Origin: an uncultured Planctomycetota bacterium
GTDB lineage: Bacteria; Planctomycetota; Planctomycetia; Isosphaerales; Isosphaeraceae
Reading direction: 5' to 3'
DNA length: 64,000 nucleotides
NCBI GenBank assembly: GCA_963823665.1
Contig: CAWGMQ010000010.1
Location: 2,112,001 to 2,176,000 of the forward strand
The notes under the pieces were generated by a model. It worked only from the letters and a program-made list of their open reading frames with translations, did no database searches and had not been told where the DNA came from. A program made the translations under genes and the position numbers. Below are positions 57,681 to 64,000 of the stretch, in pieces (within the stretch, counting starts at the first letter, position 1; every line of letters starts with the position of its first letter).

Positions 57681-58163
57681 TCACTGCGCGTTATTCCCAG
57701 TGGGCGCGGCGGGCGGGAACTCCGGCAAAGCCTGGCCCTGATGTCCATGCTCGGCCGCCTGCGGGCTCGCCTCCGTTCCGCGCGTGTCCTGAGCGCGATG
57801 CCCAAGCCGCTTTTCAATCTCGCCCACGCGCTTTGCCATTCCTGTATATTTCGAGGGGGCGAGGTTGCCCCTGCGGATTGCCCGGTACGCGCTCAGCCGC
57901 ACCGAGTCGGATTTCGCATTCTTCGCGATCTCGATGATTCCTGCCGCAGCCCACTCAGCATGTTTGGACATCAGGCTGACCGCCTCTTCGAGTTTGCGGC
58001 GGCGATAAGCCGCGACCTCGCGCCGAACCGCAGGCTCATCCGCCCATCTGTAGGCCGTCGCCCGGGCCACTCCGTTCGCCTCGGCCCATTTGATAATGCA
58101 TTCGCCCTGCGCAAGCGCTAGGGCGAGTTGCGTTTTCGCGCTCTTGCAATGTTCTTCACTCAT
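57681..58163 (-). CDS. Small helix-turn-helix protein of a planctomycete-expanded family
   Basis: LALALAQG..KWAEANGVARATAYRW HTH pattern followed by helices (SDSVRLSA). Confidence 0.65.
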   Translation of the reverse strand: MSEEHCKSAKTQLALALAQGECIIKWAEANGVARATAYRWADEPAVRREVAAYRRRKLEEAVSLMSKHAEWAAAGIIEIAKNAKSDSVRLSAYRAIRRGNLAPSKYTGMAKRVGEIEKRLGHRAQDTRGTEASPQAAEHGHQGQALPEFPPAAPTGNNAQ

Positions 58164-58322
58164 GGTACGAAATGGTACTCCGTGGTACGAAATTCAAGAA
58201 ATTCCTCGTCGCCTACTCAAAATCGCGAGCCGGCGCCCCTGGCGACCTCCAGCACGAATTCGACGCTCAAACAAACGCCGTGATTGGTCACGACGCTGGC
58301 ACCAAGCTCCGGCGAAACCCCC

Positions 58323-58366
58323 GCACCTCCCTTTCCCCCCCCTTGCAAAGGGGGGCCAGGGGGGGT
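58323..58366. repeat. REP-like palindrome CCCCCCTTGCAAAGGGGGG
   Basis: Hairpin visible directly, followed by CCAGGGGGGG; intergenic between 58163 and 58421. Confidence 0.65.
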
Positions 58367-58420
58367 GAAGGGCGTCACCCGCCAGTGATCCGCTCGCCGC
58401 GCACCAGCCCCCACATTCGC

Positions 58421-60433
58421 TCACGGCCCACGCACGTCCTGCGGCGCCATCCCTTCCCCCGCCGCCCCACCCGCACCGGCCCCAGCGTTCATTCCCCCGG
58501 CATTCAACCTCGCCAATCGCTCCCGCGCCTCCTTCTCCGCACGTTGACGAATCCACTCCCGCCGCCTGATTTCCTTCCACGCGTCCCGTCGCTCGTAGTC
58601 CGTCAAGGCACGTGCAACCGGCTGTGTTGTCGAACCTCCACTTCCACCCGCCTCCGCACCCCCCACCGGAATTGGCTTCGTTTGCAAAATTGGCTTCGTT
58701 TGACAATCGTCAAGTCCCGAAACACCGCCGGAATTCGTCGGAACTTCAATAATATCTTCATGTTGTGCTATGCACGCGTCATCACAAAAATTGGCTTCGT
58801 TCGGCGCTTTTTCACCGATTTGACTCTCGTCGCCGCCGGCGGCAACCTCTTCTTCCCGCCCTCGATCAGCAGCTTCCGCCAGTTGCTCTTGAGTGACTTC
58901 GCTCGCACCTCCCGCATTCAGTTCGATGTCGCACCGCTCGGCTTCCTCCGATTCTGCACCCACCGTTTTCGAGTTCGGTACTTCATCTTCCAGGGCAGCC
59001 CCAGGCGCCGACTCGCCGTCGCCGTCGCCCGCAGCGCCAACGTACTTCTCAGGAAGATACCCACCACACGCCAGAACGTCCGATTCCTCGACCACAACCG
59101 ACTCCCACCCCCGCCCCTTCTCATTCGAAGTAGCAGGCACACTCCGTGTGCCGTCTGCCTGAGGCTCACGGCCAATCTCAACCGCCGCGCCCGAACCACT
59201 ACCCGCGAGTGGCCCGCCGCTCCCACAGTCACCCGAATCCGCCTCCCCATCCGCGTGTTGGGCGCGAGTCTCCTGACCCCGCCCTCCCCGCGACCGCAGG
59301 TCTCCCTTCTTCCCACCCCCCACATTCTCCGCCCACCAGGCCGCCGGCCGCCCATCATATGGGCTGATAACATCTTTCCCAGGCACCGGCGGCAATCCCT
59401 GCGCATCGCTATCCGCCTTCCGCGCCCGTACCTCCTGCCGAATGACCTTGCCCCCCCGCTCCACCGACCCCTTGGCTCTCAAGAAGTATCGCCGCATCGC
59501 CTCAGCTTCCTTGGTATAAACAAATCCCTTGCGTCGCCTCGTCCGCGCAGGTTCATCCTTGATATGGGTGTCATGTTCCGCCGCAATGTCCCACACCCGC
59601 TCGATCTCGCCCTCCACCAGCTCGATCAGGCTCTGCCTGGCCTTCTCCTTTTCACCGCGCTGCGATAGGTCAGGCCACAACGCCACGACCGCCTTCACGT
59701 GGGCCTCGAGCATCAGCTCGTTCATATCGCTGAGCAGATCGTCAAACGGTTTGCCCATCGGCCGAAGCGCGTGGCTCGCCGCGAAAACCTCAGCGACCCG
59801 CCGGTCTGCGGGGCCGTCCACAGGATTCCGCCCCAGCAACCGTAGCATCATCAGCCGATCGCCGGAGGACCAAAAACGTTTGCGAGCCCGTTCCAGCAGT
59901 TCCTCAAGAACCTCAAGGATCCAGTAGCACCCCATCGCGCTCGATTCCAGTTTGCGCATGAGTTCGTCGGGCTTGATTGCCGGCGCAGTTTCGCTACCCC
60001 ATGACGGCCCCCCTGGTTTCTTGTTGTTAAACCGACGGGTGCCGAACAGCGCAACCGGCACGCCTCGCGAATCGGTGAACAGCAGGTCGCCCGTTTCGCG
60101 CACCTCTTTGATCTCGTCGTCCTCGGCGTTGTCGATCTGGCTTTGAGTGAGTTCCAGATAAGCGCCCCTCACCCGATCCATGTCCGACGCCAGGAACAGG
60201 TTGGCATTCAATAGAAACTCCTCGGGGTCACTCTCCACCCCATAATGCGCGGACCAGCGAAAGTATCGCGCTTCATACGCAATGCTTTCCTCCCGCGCGA
60301 GCTTCTCCCGCTCCGCCCGAAGACCGTGCTTCCGACTATTTCGAGCGCTTTTTGCCCGGGTTTCTGGAGTTTTCGGCCCGGTGGAGCGCAACGCATTGCG
60401 CCGATTCGCATTGATTTGTGCGTCAGAGGCCAT
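58421..60433 (-). CDS. Hypothetical protein of the 'ANRRNA..STGP..KHG' family with low-complexity C-terminus
   Basis: MASDAQINANRRNALRSTGPKTPE..SARNSRKHGL; NEANF/QTKPI repeats near the C-terminus. Confidence 0.75.
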   Translation of the reverse strand: MASDAQINANRRNALRSTGPKTPETRAKSARNSRKHGLRAEREKLAREESIAYEARYFRWSAHYGVESDPEEFLLNANLFLASDMDRVRGAYLELTQSQIDNAEDDEIKEVRETGDLLFTDSRGVPVALFGTRRFNNKKPGGPSWGSETAPAIKPDELMRKLESSAMGCYWILEVLEELLERARKRFWSSGDRLMMLRLLGRNPVDGPADRRVAEVFAASHALRPMGKPFDDLLSDMNELMLEAHVKAVVALWPDLSQRGEKEKARQSLIELVEGEIERVWDIAAEHDTHIKDEPARTRRRKGFVYTKEAEAMRRYFLRAKGSVERGGKVIRQEVRARKADSDAQGLPPVPGKDVISPYDGRPAAWWAENVGGGKKGDLRSRGGRGQETRAQHADGEADSGDCGSGGPLAGSGSGAAVEIGREPQADGTRSVPATSNEKGRGWESVVVEESDVLACGGYLPEKYVGAAGDGDGESAPGAALEDEVPNSKTVGAESEEAERCDIELNAGGASEVTQEQLAEAADRGREEEVAAGGDESQIGEKAPNEANFCDDACIAQHEDIIEVPTNSGGVSGLDDCQTKPILQTKPIPVGGAEAGGSGGSTTQPVARALTDYERRDAWKEIRRREWIRQRAEKEARERLARLNAGGMNAGAGAGGAAGEGMAPQDVRGP

Positions 60434-60807
60434 ATCAGTATAAATTCCTATTCAAATGAGCTTGGAAGCCCGGCCCGAAGTCCCGCGACCCCGAGAATTT
60501 CCCCAAACTTCCCAAAGCCCTCTACAGAGATGATCTACAAACCCGCTTCTTTTTTTGCCCAAAATGGGCCGATCCCAAGAAAAGTTTTTCCGCCCGCCCG
60601 CATAATCGGACCTGGCAATACGTTGCCAATCGGCTCGTCGACCGGACTTGCTCTTCGGCGGCGGGGACGATCGGCGGCAGAAGTTGAAGCCTCGTTCCGG
60701 TGGCATTAAGCTGTGTTGCAGCAAAACCAACCGGGATATCCGGCATTGATGGCCATGAGCGCAAGGCCCATGACGTGCGCCTGCAGATTCGCGACCGGAA
60801 GGCGACC

Positions 60808-61910
60808 ATGACGGCGACCAGGATCAACGGGCTCCATTGGAAGATGATCACCGACGCGATCCGCGCCGGAACCTGCGTCCCCTTTCTGGCGCCGCCGTCA
60901 ATGTCAAGAGCCGTACCAAGGGCTACGAATACAAAGGACTGCCCCTGGGGGCCGACGTCGCTCTCCGCCTGCTGAAGGAGCTGCTCGACGACGGTTTCGA
61001 AGGCGTCGCGGTCGAAGAGCTTCAACATTACGCTGGAGCTGCCCGGGCTGGCTGGCGATTGCTTGAAAAGATCCTGGGCGACGAGGTCCCCGGACTCGAT
61101 GGCCAAGCCATCAAGGCACGGCTTGCTGGACAGCCGGAATACGCCCAGCTATTGGCCTACGAGAAGGTCGAGCTGGCTGGGCTCGACGACGACCTCAAGC
61201 GCGTCGCGATCGTGAATCTGCCCCGCGTAGCCCTGCACTTTGGACTGAAAGCGAAGTGGGACTACACCTTCATCAAGCAACAGCTTGAGTCCATCCTGAT
61301 GGAAGAGGAGGCCGATCCTTCGAAGCTCCTCTCGACCCTCGCCGCTCTGCCGCTGCGAATGATCGTCACCACAAACTTCGACCGCCTGATGGAGAAAGCG
61401 CTCGACGCAGCGGGCATCACCTATCGGGTCGTCGTCCAGCCGATTGAGGGCTTCAACACCTCCAGCGGCCGCAAGCAGGTCACTGAGCTGGCAAAGTCGG
61501 ACGGCCTGATCCTCTACAAATTCCACGGCGAGTTCGGCGACAAGGCCACCGGATCGCCTACGGGCGGCGGACCCTCCTCGCCTCGGATCATCCTGACCGA
61601 GGAAGACTACATCGAATTCCTCAGTGTCCTGGGTAAAGATGGCGCCGTCCCCAACTTGATCACGGAGCGGCTGGCGGACAACACCCTGCTCTTCCTCGGC
61701 TACAGCCTCGAGGACTGGGATTTCCGCACGATGCACAAGATCCTGATCGACCGCCTGGTCAAACACAGCCAGCGCACCTCGTTCGCGATCCAGAAGGACC
61801 CGCCGGAGTTCTGGGTGCGCTACTGGGAGTCCAAGAAGGTCCTGATCTACAACGTCGACCTCTACGAGTTCGCGGACCAATTGAAGGAACGCCTGGCGCG
61901 GGTCCGTTGA
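60808..61910 (+). CDS. SIR2-like (SIR2_2) domain protein; frameshift ~60888
   Basis: GGAAGG RBS; MTATRINGLHWKMITDAIRAGTCVPFL[G]AAVN, then IVTTNFDRLME, LYKFHG, ILTEEDY and LLFLGYSLEDWDFR. Confidence 0.88.
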
Positions 61911-61947
61911 CCATGATCGCGGCCCGAGAACGGGTTGGGGAGCCAGT

Positions 61948-64000
61948 ATGTCAGGCACAATGCCCTATCGATTTCTCGACTCCTACCAGCTTGGAGATGA
62001 AGCCCTCTACTTCGGCCGCAAACGCGAAACCCGCATCCTGTTGGCCGACATCGTGGCCAACCGGCTCGTCGTTCTGTTCGCCCGGACCGGTACCGGCAAG
62101 ACCTCTCTTATCAACGCCGGCGTCCGCCCGCTCCTGCACGAGCGCGGCTATGCGACGCTGCCTGTCCGCGTCCGAAAAGATCCGGTCGAATCCATCCTTT
62201 GGACGCTTCGCACGAGGGACGAAGGCCCCATCGTCCCGACCGGAGAAACCCTCTCCGCGCAGCTCGAGAGTGTCGCCGACCAGCTCGACCGGCCTGTTGT
62301 GTTCTTTCTCGACCAGTTCGAGGAGTTCTTCGTCTACCACCTCGGGCAGCAGCCCGAACAGGCGGCGAGCTTCATCGAGGAAATGGCGACCATCTGTGAG
62401 CGCACCGAGTCACGCGTCCACATCGTCATGTCGATGCGCGAAGAGTTTTTCGGTGGGATGGACGCCTTTCGAGACGCCATTCCAACGATCTTCCACAACG
62501 AATCAAACCTTCGGCTCCGATGGTTCGACCTCGAGCAGGCGCGCGAGGCAATCGAAGGCCCACCACGCGTCTTCGACGGAACAACTGTCGCCGAAGATCT
62601 CGTCCAGCGTTTGCTCGCCGACCTGGCGGAAGACGGTGCAGTCGAACCCGCCAAGCTTCAGATCGTTTGCGATTCGCTCTGGCGGGAGGAAGTGCGGCGC
62701 CGGACATCCCGGCCGGCCGGTCCGCTGACGCTTGACCACTACGAAGTGCTCGGCCGCGACCGCGGCAGGAGCCGGATCTTCGAGCACATCATCAACCGAC
62801 GGCTGGAAGACCAGTTCGCGCGGATCGACTCGGAGCAGCAGTTAAAGCTCCTGGAGCGGCTACTCCCTCGCCTCCGAACCCGACGGGGCACGAAGTACAT
62901 CTGGGACCTCGCGCTCCTCGCGAAAGTTCTCGAAACCGATGAAGGTTCGCTGGGCGAGCTGCTCGAGCGCTTGAGCGAGTCGCGCCTGGTGGCGCTGAGC
63001 GCAAAGAGTGAAGGAGGTGCCCAGCTCTTCGTGGAGCTCACGCACGACTACCTGGTCAATCGCCTGCCCGATCTCCGCCGTCGCGTCCGCCTCATCTGGC
63101 CTCGCCGCGTTCTGGAGTCGGCAATCGGAGACGGGGTTGATCGCTCGCCGCCCATCGACGAGCTCGCGTTGGCAACCATTCTTCAGCACGGAAAGCGGCT
63201 GAGCCTGACGGCCCCGCAGGCCGAGCTGCTCTTTCGCTCGGCCCTGCTGTACGGCGGAGGCAGGAGCGCGTCGTGCTTCCGGCTAGCCCGGGCCAGCGGC
63301 GTTGACGTCTGGGGGATCCTCGCCCAGAGCCTCGCATCCCCCGACTCCCGTGAGGCCATTCCCGCCCTGAACTTCCTGGCCCGAGTGCAAACGAAGAGAG
63401 CCTTCCGGATGCTTCAGCAGGCCTTGGGCCGCGATGAGCTGGCGAGGCACCTCAAGGAGACCTTCCTCCCGAAGCGATCGCTGGCGGTGGTCAACTTCCT
63501 CGAGGCACTGCTCGATCACCCGGGTCTCTCGTCCCGGGCCCGCTCTTGGCTGGAGCAATTCGCGAATGCCCCATCGAAGCTCGAGCCCGAGGTATCGGCT
63601 CGGGCCGCGACAGCCCTCTCCAGCCATGCTCCGCCCGGCGGTTCGCGTTCCACGTTCGAGCAGTCAACCGACGCGAGTGCACATCCGACCGCGCAGGCAG
63701 AGGACACAGCCGCCACGCGCACCGACCTCGGCTCCCGTCTGACCGGCATTTCCACGGCCATGACCAGAGGTCGTCTGGTCCTGATCTTAGGCGCCGGTAT
63801 CCACGCTGCGGGGAGGCCTGTCTCGGATACGTGGCACCCTGACAGCTCCAGGTTTTTCCCGCTCGAGTGCGAACTATCGGCCTATCTAGCCGCGAAGTTT
63901 GGTGCTCCCGACGAAATTCGCCACAATCTCGCGAGCGTCGCCCAGTACGTGGCCACAAATGCTGGAACGGGCCCGCTCTACGAAGAGTTGCAAGAGATAG
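61948..64000 (+). CDS. nSTAND1-type STAND ATPase + helical repeats + second SIR2-like domain; partial, runs off the window, absent from the ORF track
   Basis: Translated by hand with no stop: PYRFLDSY..YFGR, Walker A ARTGTGKTS, Walker B FFLDQFEEFF, MSMREEF, LQIVCDSLW, ELTHDYL; from ~63760 GRLVLILGAG..FFPLECELSAYLA..LASVAQYV..GPLYEEL. Confidence 0.88.
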   Translation, partial: MSGTMPYRFLDSYQLGDEALYFGRKRETRILLADIVANRLVVLFARTGTGKTSLINAGVRPLLHERGYATLPVRVRKDPVESILWTLRTRDEGPIVPTGETLSAQLESVADQLDRPVVFFLDQFEEFFVYHLGQQPEQAASFIEEMATICERTESRVHIVMSMREEFFGGMDAFRDAIPTIFHNESNLRLRWFDLEQAREAIEGPPRVFDGTTVAEDLVQRLLADLAEDGAVEPAKLQIVCDSLWREEVRRRTSRPAGPLTLDHYEVLGRDRGRSRIFEHIINRRLEDQFARIDSEQQLKLLERLLPRLRTRRGTKYIWDLALLAKVLETDEGSLGELLERLSESRLVALSAKSEGGAQLFVELTHDYLVNRLPDLRRRVRLIWPRRVLESAIGDGVDRSPPIDELALATILQHGKRLSLTAPQAELLFRSALLYGGGRSASCFRLARASGVDVWGILAQSLASPDSREAIPALNFLARVQTKRAFRMLQQALGRDELARHLKETFLPKRSLAVVNFLEALLDHPGLSSRARSWLEQFANAPSKLEPEVSARAATALSSHAPPGGSRSTFEQSTDASAHPTAQAEDTAATRTDLGSRLTGISTAMTRGRLVLILGAGIHAAGRPVSDTWHPDSSRFFPLECELSAYLAAKFGAPDEIRHNLASVAQYVATNAGTGPLYEELQEI

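Noticed and set aside
57681..58163. Terminase-small-subunit-like HTH as a sign of a prophage
   Set aside because: No large terminase, capsid, tail or integrase genes nearby.
58172..59668. 498-aa plus-strand ORF
   Set aside because: Arg/Pro-rich antisense shadow of CDS 58421-60433 with no recognisable motifs.
61907..62728. 273-aa track ORF after the SIR2 gene
   Set aside because: Wrong frame; the frame starting at 61948 carries the STAND motifs.

Overview
GC-rich bacterial DNA that is very likely from a planctomycete (Isosphaeraceae-like). The basis is a DUF1501/PPC/DUF1549-DUF1553/cytochrome-WD40 operon, planctomycete-type N-terminal motifs and planctomycete-type REP palindromes. Many genes carry single-base frameshifts, most simply explained as long-read consensus errors. 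The left half (~1-33 kb) is accessory. It holds glycan genes (HddA-like kinase, GT4), a decayed type IIG restriction-modification fragment, a large protein with a C-terminal nucleoside-phosphorylase (PNP) domain, a GxxExxY nuclease with flanking repeats and an internally deleted mini-copy, two HUH/RAYT-type transposase families with REP-like ends, two paralogous RHS proteins with different C-terminal tips (one cut by an IS66 end), and a WD40 protein fused to a catalytically dead caspase domain. The right half holds an aminotransferase/acyl-CoA (AtuA-like) catabolic cluster interrupted by a three-gene DUF6941-like/HEAT/ART-like cassette, the DUF1501 operon, an M1 aminopeptidase, and at the right edge a SIR2-like gene followed by an nSTAND1 ATPase-helical-SIR2 fusion that the ORF track misses. 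The strongest candidates for undescribed systems are the dual-SIR2/STAND module (60808-64000) and the toxin-antitoxin-chaperone-like triad (36671-38507). All family assignments come from recognising motifs by eye; no searches were run.
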